A stretch of DNA of 64,000 bases. It comes from Planctomycetota bacterium (GTDB lineage: Bacteria > Planctomycetota > GCA-002687715 > CAIWVZ01). The notes beneath the pieces are model-generated. The model was not told where the DNA came from and searched no databases. It saw only the letters and a list, made by a program, of their open reading frames with translations. Positions 1-9,147 of this stretch are shown here, in pieces; the stretch's first letter is position 1, and each line of letters opens with the position of its first letter. The DNA lies in contig JBGANV010000002.1 in assembly GCA_044222185.1 (NCBI GenBank), forward strand, positions 64,001 to 128,000. The letters run 5' to 3'. A program made the position numbers and the translations under genes.

Positions 1-2
1 TG

Positions 3-188
3 GCGGAGGTCCTGTTCCGAAGAGGCGACGTGGACCAGGCGATCGCATGCCTCGCAGCGCTAGTCGACGAATACGAGGAGACGCCGCCGGAGAACCCCAA
101 GGTCCAGGGACGCGTCGGAGCCCGACTCGCCGCCCTGCGCGCCGCCGCAGAGACGCGGAGGGATCCCGCGTCACGGCCCGTGAAGTGA
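3..188 (+). CDS. C-terminal fragment of a TPR-like protein (partial, runs in from window start)
   Basis: Open frame from position 3 reads AEVLFRRGDVDQAIACLAALVDEY... to TGA at 186-188; TPR-like helix pattern. Confidence 0.5.
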   Translation, partial: AEVLFRRGDVDQAIACLAALVDEYEETPPENPKVQGRVGARLAALRAAAETRRDPASRPVK

Positions 189-247
189 GCGCTGGAGATT
201 CGCGCCGTCGCCGCACCACGCGAGCGGCGGCGGCGACGGGCCCCTCG

Positions 248-1636
248 TCAGAACTTGATGATGAAGTTCACGGCGAGGTACGGCGGATTCGCAGTGCCAG
301 TCGGGACGGCCGACCCCGCGAGACCCGTGACGAGCCCGGTGGAGTTGAGGCCCGTGACCGAGGCGGACGATCCGCCCGTGTTGAACGCGTTCTGACCGTC
401 CGGGCCGCTGCCGTTCCCGGTCGAACCGCTCACCGTGTGGGTGTGCGCGCCGGCGCTCTGGATGGCTCCGGTCCAGGTCACGTTCGTGCCCGTCGTGCTG
501 CTCGCACCCGTGGGCACGTCCGCGCCCGACCCCAAGCCGGCTCCGTTCTCTCGCCCCGTCAGCGGATGCGTGTGCGCTCCGCCGGAACTCGTCGTCAGGT
601 TGACCGAGTGGAAGTGGCCCGGGACGGAGTGGACGTGGCTCATGCCGTGATCGTGCGCCGCCACCGAATGCTGGTGGTCGGGAAGAGTATGCGAGTGATT
701 CCACGACCCTCCGACCGAGCCCAACGGCACGCCACCGGCAACGCCGACGGGGAACCGCTGGGTGAGGTTCGGAAGATTGAACGTCGTCGACCCGTCGCCG
801 GCACCATAGGTCGTACCGATCACCGAGAAGAGTGCGGCGAAAGTCGTGCGGCTCACGGGCGCGCCGTCGCACAGGAGCCAGCCGGTCGGGGCTACGCTGC
901 CGCCGAACATCATCATCCCGCCAACGACGACCGGCCCGGCTGGCCCGGTCGCGCCAGTGGATCCGGTGGGGCCCGTGGGCCCGGTCGCCCCCGTTGCGCC
1001 GGCAGACCCGGTAGGCCCCGTTGGGCCAGTGGCTCCGATCGGCCCTGCCGCTCCGGCAGCACCGGTCGCGCCGGTTGGCCCCGTCGGGCCGATCAGTCCT
1101 GTCGGTGAACCGACCCATTGACCGTTCGAAGCGATGACGAGTTGCCCGTTGACCGAAACACTGTTCGGGTGGATGTCCCGCCCCGTCACATCGTCCGCCT
1201 TGAGCGAACGGAGTGAGTAGGGCACCGGGGTCAGCGCGAGCCTCGGCACCATCTCCGGGTCCGCATTGATGCGGACGCCCAGGAAGAGAGTCCCCGAGTC
1301 GATCACGCCCACAGGAATGCCTCCGGGCGTCGAGCTCCCGATCACCCAGGACGCAAGGCCGTTGACCACCGAGACGTTGTTGACGGTCTCCGTGAACAAC
1401 GGAGTCGCGCCGTTCGCCGTGTCATACAGGCTGAACACGATGGAGACCGGTTGAGTGATCGGCACTCCCGCCGCGTTGGTGAGACGCGCCTGATAGCGCA
1501 TGAATCGCGGCGGAGTCGTCCCCTGACCTGGCAAGCACGCAGCGACGGTGAAAGCCGCCAACATCACGACGCAGAATCCGGCCCCGAGTCGAATCGTGGA
1601 ACTCACAACACCTTCTCCTATTGCCAGGACGCTCAT
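248..1636 (-). CDS. Secreted phage tail-fibre-like protein (signal peptide, YQARL N-domain, collagen-like G-x-T repeats, tail-collar domain, HxH needle repeats)
   Basis: Tail-collar motif [40 protein letters not shown]; [10 protein letters not shown] repeats; 7 HxH motifs; C-terminal [11 protein letters not shown]. The ATG at 1636 overlaps the upstream stop; an alternative GTG at 1606 follows AGGAGAAGG. Confidence 0.85.
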   Translation of the reverse strand: MSVLAIGEGVVSSTIRLGAGFCVVMLAAFTVAACLPGQGTTPPRFMRYQARLTNAAGVPITQPVSIVFSLYDTANGATPLFTETVNNVSVVNGLASWVIGSSTPGGIPVGVIDSGTLFLGVRINADPEMVPRLALTPVPYSLRSLKADDVTGRDIHPNSVSVNGQLVIASNGQWVGSPTGLIGPTGPTGATGAAGAAGPIGATGPTGPTGSAGATGATGPTGPTGSTGATGPAGPVVVGGMMMFGGSVAPTGWLLCDGAPVSRTTFAALFSVIGTTYGAGDGSTTFNLPNLTQRFPVGVAGGVPLGSVGGSWNHSHTLPDHQHSVAAHDHGMSHVHSVPGHFHSVNLTTSSGGAHTHPLTGRENGAGLGSGADVPTGASSTTGTNVTWTGAIQSAGAHTHTVSGSTGNGSGPDGQNAFNTGGSSASVTGLNSTGLVTGLAGSAVPTGTANPPYLAVNFIIKF

Positions 1637-2634
1637 GGAATCGTGACCGTAAGCACGTTCGTGAATTGCCCGCCGATCGCAGCCGGCGGGAGGCTCGTGA
1701 AGACGGCGGCTTGAAGTCCGAACGTCGCACCGTGAAGTGCCGGATTCGGCGGAATCGGGAACGCGAGCGAGATCTCGCCGGGCATCGTTGCGATGGGTAC
1801 GACGAACTCGAATCCCAGACTCTCGAGTCCTCCGCCGAACCCACCGATGTGAACGCACGACCCGGGCGCCTGGCTCTGGATCACGAGCGAAAACGGCACC
1901 GATGTCTGCTGCGGCGGGAGAACCGCCTGGAGGCGAACGACTCCGACTTGCCCGAGGATGGGCGGGCTCTCGACGGTGAGTGCCGGCAAGAACGTGAACG
2001 CGGACGAGATCGACGACGCGCCGAGCGAATCGACGACCGTGATCGCCGTTCTACCCAGGGGGTTCTGGCATGCGTTCGTGGTTCCAATGCCGCCCGACGG
2101 GGTCGAGATCGTGATCGAAGTATTCGTGATCGAGCCCGTGATGGGGACCGAGGTACCGCCGACGATGACGGTGTGCTGCGCGGCTCCCGGTGGCGCGAAG
2201 TTCAGGCCGTAGACCACCACCGGCGTCGAAGCGAACGCATCGCCGACGCTCGGCACCATGCCGAACACCAATGGCGCGCCTCCCGTGGGCACGTACTCCA
2301 AGGCCGGGAGTCCGCCGACTGCCGCGAACCCCGTCGACGTTCCGAAGTAGCCCGCGGTCACCTCCCCGACGCCGTGCTCGGCGACGTAGTTCGCACTCGT
2401 CGCGCGCTCGGTGCCAGTCGTGACCTCCTGCGACACCGCTGAGAAGTTCGCCGATCCGGCCGGCGAGCCGCCTCCGATGGAGAGGCCTTGTGCGAGTCCG
2501 CTTGGTGAGATCGCGACGGCGATCAGGAGAGCCGCCGCAACTTCGAGTCGACGGCTCGCACCAGCGGCGACCGCTTTCGGCCGCTCACTCTCAGCAGCCG
2601 GATGGCCGCCGCATGTGTACTGAAAACCGGTCAT
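1633..2634 (-). CDS. Secreted IPT/TIG-domain protein with lineage-type C-terminal domain
   Basis: AGGAGG RBS before the ATG; hydrophobic signal region ending LAQG; IPT-like segment (VVVYGLNF...VIVGG...SITISTP); C-terminus [18 protein letters not shown]...[10 protein letters not shown]. Confidence 0.7.
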   Translation of the reverse strand: MTGFQYTCGGHPAAESERPKAVAAGASRRLEVAAALLIAVAISPSGLAQGLSIGGGSPAGSANFSAVSQEVTTGTERATSANYVAEHGVGEVTAGYFGTSTGFAAVGGLPALEYVPTGGAPLVFGMVPSVGDAFASTPVVVYGLNFAPPGAAQHTVIVGGTSVPITGSITNTSITISTPSGGIGTTNACQNPLGRTAITVVDSLGASSISSAFTFLPALTVESPPILGQVGVVRLQAVLPPQQTSVPFSLVIQSQAPGSCVHIGGFGGGLESLGFEFVVPIATMPGEISLAFPIPPNPALHGATFGLQAAVFTSLPPAAIGGQFTNVLTVTIP

Positions 2635-2837
2635 CAGGACCTCCTATGGACGCCTCCGGCAATGAGGGCGGCATTGTGCCACGAGGTCCCGAAACTGGAA
2701 GTCCGCACGACCAGGCCTGCGACGAGTCAGCGTGCACCTGGATCTCACCGCATGCGGAGCGGCGACGGTGGCCGCTTGCGGTCGGACCGTATCGCAGAGC
2801 TATCCACGACCGCCGCGCGCAGCAGAAGCGAGCGGTT

Positions 2838-3581
2838 TCAGATTCCGCGCCACGGATCAGCCGCGGCCGGCCGACCGGCAAATGCGGCGATCGGAGGAAC
2901 CGGCCCAGGCACGTAGCCGTGCTTCGGAACGACGGCCGCGCGCCACCGCCGGCGACGCCGAACCCAGAAAAACCCTCCAAGTCCGATGAGTATCCCCGTG
3001 GCGACCATCCCGAACCCGTCCCCGACGGTGGGTGGCACGCCATGGAAGCGGATGACCGTCACGGAGTCAGGCGTGCACGCGAACGCGTTCCTGACGTACT
3101 CCGTGAGCTCCTTGGGGGGACTCTCGTCCACCGTGCCCGTGAATTCCGCGCGTTCGAAATCCGTGGACGGGGCGCCACGCGCCGCGTCGGGAAATGCGCG
3201 CGCGAGGTCGTCCGGCTCGAACCACAGCAGCGTGAGCCGGGCTGCTCCCGGGCGCTTGACCCCGGATGCCGTGGCCTGCCGCCAGCCATCCACCTCGCGC
3301 GAGCCAACGATCGGCACGCAGTACCCCAGGATCTTCTCGCTGCCGGCACCCGCTCTTCCGCCGTTCCGGAAGTAGCGCGCAACCTCGGGCCAATAGAGCC
3401 CGCCGTCGATGACGCGAAGGTACTCGTGATCGGGCTGCACCGACGCGAGCGTCTCGGCACGGACCTCGGTCGGGGTCGTCTCATGGGGGCGAAACACGAC
3501 CGAGACGCCACTGATGACGCCGAGCGCGCCGAACGACACGAGCGCGTACGGCGCGAGCATCCAGGCCAATCTGATGAGCAT
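2838..3581 (-). CDS. Hypothetical membrane protein (N- and C-terminal TM helices)
   Basis: GAGGAG RBS upstream; MLIRLAWMLAPYALVSFGALGVISG... and GFGMVATGILIGLGGFFWVRRRRR. Confidence 0.65.
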   Translation of the reverse strand: MLIRLAWMLAPYALVSFGALGVISGVSVVFRPHETTPTEVRAETLASVQPDHEYLRVIDGGLYWPEVARYFRNGGRAGAGSEKILGYCVPIVGSREVDGWRQATASGVKRPGAARLTLLWFEPDDLARAFPDAARGAPSTDFERAEFTGTVDESPPKELTEYVRNAFACTPDSVTVIRFHGVPPTVGDGFGMVATGILIGLGGFFWVRRRRRWRAAVVPKHGYVPGPVPPIAAFAGRPAAADPWRGI

Positions 3582-3730
3582 GTGCATTCTCCTCGGGAAT
3601 CTGCATCCACTGAGCGAATGGTGTCGTCCCGCGTTGCACGGCTTGCGATCGGCGTGCTCCGAGTTGCCGTGATCGCGACGACGAATCGCTCGCGATCGGG
3701 GCAACCCACGGGTGCAGCGTCGAGATGAGG

Positions 3731-4324
3731 TCAGTCGAACCAGTTGCGGATGTCGACCGCAGTACGGCGCGCGGATTCCGCAACGTCGCGAAGCACGCTG
3801 GCTCCGAATCGCACCGTGTCCTCCACGAGTTGGCCGCCCGCCTTCTGCACGAAGTCGAGGGGGCCATCCGCGTGCTGTCGGATCGTCTCCGCATCGACGG
3901 CTGCTTCGTACGCCGCGCCCGTCAGGTCGCCGAGGAGCCGCCGCGGGAGAAGGCCGTCCGAGGCTTCGTGAATGATCCCTTCCGAGAGGCGCCGGTTCGC
4001 TTCGAGCATTCCGTCGTACGACCGGTCGTTCGCCCAGTCGGCGTCGTGACGATCGCACGGACGACGGAGCGGGATGCCGAACAGCTTGTCGGGCACGAGC
4101 CCGGTGTTGTCGCTGCCGCACCCCGCAGGCCCGTCGGGGCCGAAGTTCACGAAGCCTCCCAGGTAGTCCGTCGTCCCGTCTGGCTGCTCGGACGCGAGGA
4201 ACGAGCGAAGCGCCGATGGTGCCTCCTCGGTCGTGGTCGAGACGCGAGCAGGCGCCGGCGTCGGCGTGGGCAGAGGTGCGGGCGCAGGCAGCCGCGGGGC
4301 CGCCGTGGGAAACTCGAAAGACAT
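3731..4324 (-). CDS. Prokaryotic phospholipase A2-like protein with Pro-rich disordered N-terminus; candidate T3SS effector
   Basis: GGAGG RBS; GCGS...VPD..FG....PCDRHD...W and A..YEAAV resemble the prokaryotic PLA2 fold; no Sec signal; lies directly downstream of sctU. Confidence 0.65.
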   Translation of the reverse strand: MSFEFPTAAPRLPAPAPLPTPTPAPARVSTTTEEAPSALRSFLASEQPDGTTDYLGGFVNFGPDGPAGCGSDNTGLVPDKLFGIPLRRPCDRHDADWANDRSYDGMLEANRRLSEGIIHEASDGLLPRRLLGDLTGAAYEAAVDAETIRQHADGPLDFVQKAGGQLVEDTVRFGASVLRDVAESARRTAVDIRNWFD

Positions 4325-4378
4325 GACGATCCTCCAACGCCCGTGCGCACAATCGCGCACGATCAGCGCTGTGGAGTG

Positions 4379-4404
4379 ATCGCTTGCTGGACGGCCCGTT
4401 GCGC
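4379..4404 (-). promoter_or_regulatory. Putative sigma-28-like promoter upstream of the PLA2-like gene
   Basis: Minus strand GCGCAAC-N14-GCGAT; one of five copies of this motif. Confidence 0.5.
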
Positions 4405-4442
4405 GACGGCGGCACCGCCAGGCCCTCACCCGAGCCGATCGA

Positions 4443-5612
4443 TCAACCCGCCGCGAGCGGAAGATCCCAGCTCCAGGATGCACCATCCTTCGGCTTGGAC
4501 TCGCGCGCTTCCCACGGAAGGGTTCGACCGTCGTCTTCGTAGCGCTCCCGCGCCCACTGATAGACGGCTGCCAATGCGTCGTGCAACTCCAACGGCGCCC
4601 AGCCTCCTTCGCGCACCGTGTAGAGACTGCGGGCGAGTTCCCGGTCGACCTTCACCGGAACTCCCGCGCGAAGTGCGATGTCGCGCAGGGCCAGGGCGTT
4701 CCCGTCTTCGGCTTTCACCCAGACACGCGGCGCACCTTCCGTCGGGTCGAACCGCAGGCCGACGAAGTAATGCGTCGGATTCATCACTCCCAGGTCCGTA
4801 TCCGGGGCTCGCTGCATCTTCCGCAGTTGCTCTCGGAACTCGGCCTGCGCGCGATGCTTCATCTCGCGAACCTCTGGAGAGCCGAGCTGATCCTTGATCT
4901 CCTCCTTCAGCTCCTTCTCCGACATGCGCGCGTCCACTCGGAACTTCCGCATCCGTCTGAGCAGGTCGACGAAGCCGAGACCGCCGAACGCACCGAGTAC
5001 GGCGCTGACGAGCGTGCCGGCCATGGCGCCGGTCGCTTCGACGGCAGCGATGGGGTCCGCACCACAGGTCCCGAGGAGCGTCGGGAGACGGTTCTCGAGG
5101 ATCGCGAAGGTCGTCCCGGCGACGGTGAGGAACTTGACCACCGTGAATGCGAACTCGACGCGCCCTTCTGGAGACAGCATGAGCATGCGCTTCAACTGGT
5201 CGCCGTTGAACAGCCGCTCGAACTTCGGACTGATCGACTCGAACGTGAAGATCGGCCCGACCGCCGGCAGGAGCCGTATGAACGACGCGAGCGCGCCGGC
5301 CATGGCCGCGGCGACGAGCGTGGGCCAGAGTGCCGTCACGGCTTCACCGGCCGTGCGGAGGATCGACAACTCCACGAGACCTCGCGCCGGCAGCTCATCG
5401 TTCCCGGCAGCTCCGATGGCTTCGTTCAAGGCGCGGACCAGCGGCCTGGTCACGGCCCCCACCGAGTTCGCGAGGCCGCCGATCGTGACGGCGACGACGA
5501 AGAACCCGGTGAAGTCCGCCGAGCCCGCAGGGCCCTGCCCGCGCTTGCGCATCTCGTCCAGGCGACGCGGGGTCGGCTCGTGTGGTTTCTCTTCCGTCTC
5601 GTCATCGGCCAC
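4443..5612 (-). CDS. sctU: T3SS export apparatus switch protein SctU (FlhB/EscU family)
   Basis: N-terminal EEKPHEPTPRRLDEMRKRGQ, four TM segments, RMSEKELKEEIKDQLGSPEV, autocleavage motif NPTH; GTG start at 5612. Confidence 0.93.
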   Translation of the reverse strand: MADDETEEKPHEPTPRRLDEMRKRGQGPAGSADFTGFFVVAVTIGGLANSVGAVTRPLVRALNEAIGAAGNDELPARGLVELSILRTAGEAVTALWPTLVAAAMAGALASFIRLLPAVGPIFTFESISPKFERLFNGDQLKRMLMLSPEGRVEFAFTVVKFLTVAGTTFAILENRLPTLLGTCGADPIAAVEATGAMAGTLVSAVLGAFGGLGFVDLLRRMRKFRVDARMSEKELKEEIKDQLGSPEVREMKHRAQAEFREQLRKMQRAPDTDLGVMNPTHYFVGLRFDPTEGAPRVWVKAEDGNALALRDIALRAGVPVKVDRELARSLYTVREGGWAPLELHDALAAVYQWARERYEDDGRTLPWEARESKPKDGASWSWDLPLAAG

Positions 5613-5619
5613 GACAGAC

Positions 5620-6411
5620 CTATTCCGTAATGAACGGGGCAAGGAGGCGCGGCAGGTCGTCGATCGTCAACGTCACGATGGCCGCCGCGGAGAAGAAGAC
5701 GATCAGCAGCCCGAGCCACGGCTTCAGCGTGAACCCGAGGAAGAAGAGCCCGCCGGGACCGAGCGGAGCGATGCGGTTCAGCAATCCCAAGGCGATGTCC
5801 ACGATGAACATGGTCGCGACCGCCGGGATCGCCAGGCGAATCGCCAAGAGGAACGTCTCACCGGCGAGCGTCGTGAGTCCAGCGACGGTCGCGTCGCCCG
5901 TCGCTCCGCCAGGTCCGTGACCGGGTGGAATCGCCCGGTAGCTCCGCGCGAGACCTGCGGCGAGGTAACCAAGCCCCCCCAGCGACGCGAACGTCGCCAG
6001 TTCGAGCTGGAGCAGGAACGGACCGAGGGGCGAGGACTGGGCCTGGGTCCACGGATCGATGAAGTTCGCGAATTTCACATCGCGCGCGACGTCGATCAGG
6101 TCGCCGGTTCCGGCCACGATCTCGAACACGAGACGCACCGCGACGGCGATGGTGATCCCCGTGGCCAGTTCGGAGCCCATGGCGAGGCCGAATTCGAAGC
6201 CGAACTCCGGCATGGGCTGCGCCCCGAGGCCCGGGGCGATCGCCAGGGCCAGGAGCAAGCCGGCACCGATCCGCACGGTCTGCGGCGCCTGCGGACCAGC
6301 GAACACGGGCGTCGCGACGATCACGGGCATCACTCGCGCGAGGACGAGAGCGATCGCCTCGATCCGCGGAACTCCGCTCACCGCACGCAAGACGCCGAGG
6401 ATTGCATCCAC
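5620..6411 (-). CDS. sctT: T3SS export apparatus subunit SctT (FliR family)
   Basis: LARV...PVF, AGTGDLIDVAR, LAIPAVATMFIVDIALGLLNRIAP; located between sctS and sctU. Confidence 0.9.
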   Translation of the reverse strand: MDAILGVLRAVSGVPRIEAIALVLARVMPVIVATPVFAGPQAPQTVRIGAGLLLALAIAPGLGAQPMPEFGFEFGLAMGSELATGITIAVAVRLVFEIVAGTGDLIDVARDVKFANFIDPWTQAQSSPLGPFLLQLELATFASLGGLGYLAAGLARSYRAIPPGHGPGGATGDATVAGLTTLAGETFLLAIRLAIPAVATMFIVDIALGLLNRIAPLGPGGLFFLGFTLKPWLGLLIVFFSAAAIVTLTIDDLPRLLAPFITE

Positions 6412-6438
6412 GATGATCGACTCGTCGGCGGCTCGCGG

Positions 6439-6708
6439 TCAGCGGCCGATCTCGGCGACGCCGCGGAACATCTCGCCGGCAAACTGGACCAGCTGCTCGA
6501 GGGCGGCGAGGCCGAGTCCGGCGATCACGGCGTACGCCGCGATGGTCTTGACGACGACGCTGATCGATTGCTCCTGAACCTGGGTCGCCGCCTGGAACAC
6601 ACTGACGATCATGCCGATCGCCGCGACCAGGACCACGACCGGCGCACTGAGCAGCAACGACAGGTAGAGGGCCTCTTGGGCCACGCGCACCGCTTGTTCC
6701 ATGGCCAT
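6439..6708 (-). CDS. sctS: T3SS export apparatus subunit SctS (FliQ family)
   Basis: ALYLSLLLSAP...VSVFQAATQVQEQSISVVVK signature; 89 aa. Confidence 0.93.
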   Translation of the reverse strand: MAMEQAVRVAQEALYLSLLLSAPVVVLVAAIGMIVSVFQAATQVQEQSISVVVKTIAAYAVIAGLGLAALEQLVQFAGEMFRGVAEIGR

Positions 6709-6722
6709 GATTTCACCGCCCT

Positions 6723-7391
6723 TCAGGCGTAGCCGCGAGTCAAACCGAAGAGGACGAGTCGCCAGCCGTCGGCCAGCACGAATAGGAGCAGCTTCAACGG
6801 CAACGTGATGCTCGTGGGCGTGAGCATCGAGGCCCCGACCGCCAGCAAGATGTTCGTCACCACGAGGTCGATCACGAGGAAGGGAACGAAGAGCAGGAAG
6901 CCGATCTGGAATGCCTCTCCGAGCTCGGTGAGGAGAAACGCTGGCGCATCGACCGTGAAGAGCGCGACCACGGGTCGGTAATCGTCCCCACCGTCGAGGA
7001 CGCCGGAGGACTCCGCTCGAAGGCCCAGGAAGAGTTCACGGTTCTCGATCGAGCTGTTCTTGATGAGGAACTCGCTCAACGGTTCGGCGACGGCGCGAGC
7101 CATCTGCGGGTACTTCGTCGCGCGCTCGACGGGCGGCAGCTCGACGATCGGCCTCAGCCGCTCGACGGCAACTCCGACGACGGGCGCCATGATGTGAAGA
7201 CTGAGGACGAGGGCGATCCCCGCGATGACGCTGTTCGGCGGCGTCTGTTGTGTGCCGATCGCCTGTCGAAGCAGGCTGCCGACGACCATGAGCTTCGCGA
7301 ACGAGGTGACGATCGTCAGGATGAATGGAGCGAGGCCGAGAAGGCTCAGCGCAATCACCGTCTCGAAACCGATTCCCATGCCGTCGTTCAT
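6723..7391 (-). CDS. sctR: T3SS export apparatus subunit SctR (FliP family, no cleavable signal peptide)
   Basis: TSFAKLMVV..LLRQAIGTQQTPPN, PAFLLTELGEAFQIGFLLFVPFLVIDLVV, LPLKLLLFVLADGW. Confidence 0.95.
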   Translation of the reverse strand: MNDGMGIGFETVIALSLLGLAPFILTIVTSFAKLMVVGSLLRQAIGTQQTPPNSVIAGIALVLSLHIMAPVVGVAVERLRPIVELPPVERATKYPQMARAVAEPLSEFLIKNSSIENRELFLGLRAESSGVLDGGDDYRPVVALFTVDAPAFLLTELGEAFQIGFLLFVPFLVIDLVVTNILLAVGASMLTPTSITLPLKLLLFVLADGWRLVLFGLTRGYA

Positions 7392-7864
7392 GCCGGCTCC
7401 TTCTCCGAAGGCCCGCGGGACCGCCCCGTCGTGAATCCGAGCCGGGACGCGAAATCGGCCCCGGCCAGCGTCGAGGGGACCGAAGAGCCCGCACGAGTGC
7501 CAAGTCGCGTCAGGCCGGTCTCGGACGCAGCGATCATCTCGACCCCGTCGTCGACGCGAACGAGGTACAGCGATCGGCGCGGCTCCAGCCGAAGGACGTC
7601 GATGATTTCCAGACGTCCGCCTCGGGACCGGGTCGTCGGCGAACCACGTCGGCGCAGGACCCGCGAGGCGACGAAGAACGCCGCGAGGATCACCAGGAGC
7701 GCGCCACCCGTCTTCAGGATCGACGCGCCGTACGACGGCGCACCGAGCGGGTTCGGCCCAGGCACCATGGTCCCCGTGCGGGTCACCAAGGGACGCGACG
7801 TGGCGACCTCGGACAGCTGTTGGAGCCGGGGCGCATCCAGGAAATCAGGGTGGATCGGATTCAT
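7388..7864 (-). CDS. fliO: FliO-family export-gate assembly chaperone
   Basis: One TM helix (ALLVILAAFFVASRVLRR), then LEIIDVLRLEPRRSLYLVRVDDGVEMIAASETGLTRL; overlaps the sctR start, as in fliO-fliP. Confidence 0.8.
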   Translation of the reverse strand: MNPIHPDFLDAPRLQQLSEVATSRPLVTRTGTMVPGPNPLGAPSYGASILKTGGALLVILAAFFVASRVLRRRGSPTTRSRGGRLEIIDVLRLEPRRSLYLVRVDDGVEMIAASETGLTRLGTRAGSSVPSTLAGADFASRLGFTTGRSRGPSEKEPA

Positions 7865-7904
7865 GGTCTCGGCGGACGGTCACCGACTACCCGCCGTCCG
7901 AACT

Positions 7905-7931
7905 ATCGCGATTCGCCCTCCCGCGTTGCGC
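7905..7931 (-). promoter_or_regulatory. Putative sigma-28-like internal promoter upstream of fliO-sctRSTU
   Basis: Minus strand GCGCAAC-N15-GCGAT(AG) in the 113-bp gap between sctQ and fliO. Confidence 0.6.
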
Positions 7932-7977
7932 CACACGGCGCGCGGCTCGGGGATTTGCGGGCGAGCCCCCACGTCCG

Positions 7978-9069
7978 TCACGCCGTCACGGCTGGCAGCA
8001 CCCGCACTCCCCGGCCGTTCTCGTGAACGGCGAAGTCGACGGCTCGAGGCGGAAAGCCATCCGCAACCAGCCAGGCGGGCGCGGCGGGATCCAACGTCAG
8101 GCGCAGGCGCGTCGCCGACGCCATGTGGCTGAACGTGGCGAAGTCGAGCGCGTGCGTTCCGGCGACGACGTACGCGGCGCAGATGTCCGCCCGGCCGTTC
8201 GGGACGTGAGCCACCTCGATCTTCGGGTCCGCCCGCAACTCCACTTCGAGCTCGAGCGGCGTCGCGCGAGACGCTTGCGCGGGAGCGATCGCGAAGCCGG
8301 TCTCGCTGACGAGCATGCCGTGGTTCCCCTCGGCCTCGCTCGACGCGCTCCGCCCCAGTTCCACGAAGTCGCCTGCCTCGATCATCCGGAGCTCGTGCAC
8401 GCGAGCGCCGAAAGGCAAGACCCATCGCACCGTGACGAGCTCGGTCGATCCGACGGAGAACGGGTCGCCTGGCAACCCTCGGAGCAGCGAGCCGACGTCC
8501 GGCGGAACACGTACCGGGCGTGTCCACCAGGTCGCACTGCCCCGACGCGCGCCGACGACGACGTCGAGCGGGATCCCCGACAGCCCCGCCGTCTTCACGC
8601 ATCTGTCCGCCTCGGGGCCCTCCAGAAGTCGCGTGGCGCCCAATCCTGGAGCGCCTGCGTCGAGCCGTCGGCTCCGCGCCTCGCCGAGCGCGTCCAGCAG
8701 GGTCACGAGACCAAAATCGAGGATCCCTCGCTCGCGTTCCGTGAGAGGTCCGGGCATGGGACCGTCGCCGACGGCCTCACGCATCCGATCGACGAGGATC
8801 CGCGCGAGGAACTCGTCGATGCTGACGAATGACGCCACCCCCGCTCCGTCGAGGAACTCGACGACACCGACTTGTGATCGCATGTCGACCGGCGGTGGTC
8901 GCCGCGAGACGGCGACCGCGACGTGTGCCGAAAACGCCGACCGCCCGGCCTCGTCCAGATCGCGAAGCACGTCCATCGCAGCAGCCCATTCCGTCGCCGT
9001 GAAGTCGCGTGTCGCGAGGCGGCGCACGGCGGCCTGGCTGAGTCGTGTCCATTCCTCGTGACTTCGCAT
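7978..9069 (-). CDS. sctQ: Divergent SctQ (FliM/FliN-like sorting-platform protein)
   Basis: Two degenerate SpoA-like segments (ELRMIEAGDFVELG; PAWLVADG...AVHENGRGVRVL); located between the sctP-like gene and fliO. Confidence 0.7.
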   Translation of the reverse strand: MRSHEEWTRLSQAAVRRLATRDFTATEWAAAMDVLRDLDEAGRSAFSAHVAVAVSRRPPPVDMRSQVGVVEFLDGAGVASFVSIDEFLARILVDRMREAVGDGPMPGPLTERERGILDFGLVTLLDALGEARSRRLDAGAPGLGATRLLEGPEADRCVKTAGLSGIPLDVVVGARRGSATWWTRPVRVPPDVGSLLRGLPGDPFSVGSTELVTVRWVLPFGARVHELRMIEAGDFVELGRSASSEAEGNHGMLVSETGFAIAPAQASRATPLELEVELRADPKIEVAHVPNGRADICAAYVVAGTHALDFATFSHMASATRLRLTLDPAAPAWLVADGFPPRAVDFAVHENGRGVRVLPAVTA

Positions 9070-9147
9070 GTCGCATACCCCCGTGACGAGACTCCCACTT
9101 CGCTGGCTCGATCCGCGAGGAACCCACGTCGTGGTCGCCACGTCGGT

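Noticed and set aside
248-1636. Prophage or contractile injection system
   Set aside because: The only phage-like domain is the tail collar, the protein has a signal peptide, and no capsid, sheath, baseplate or integrase genes are nearby.
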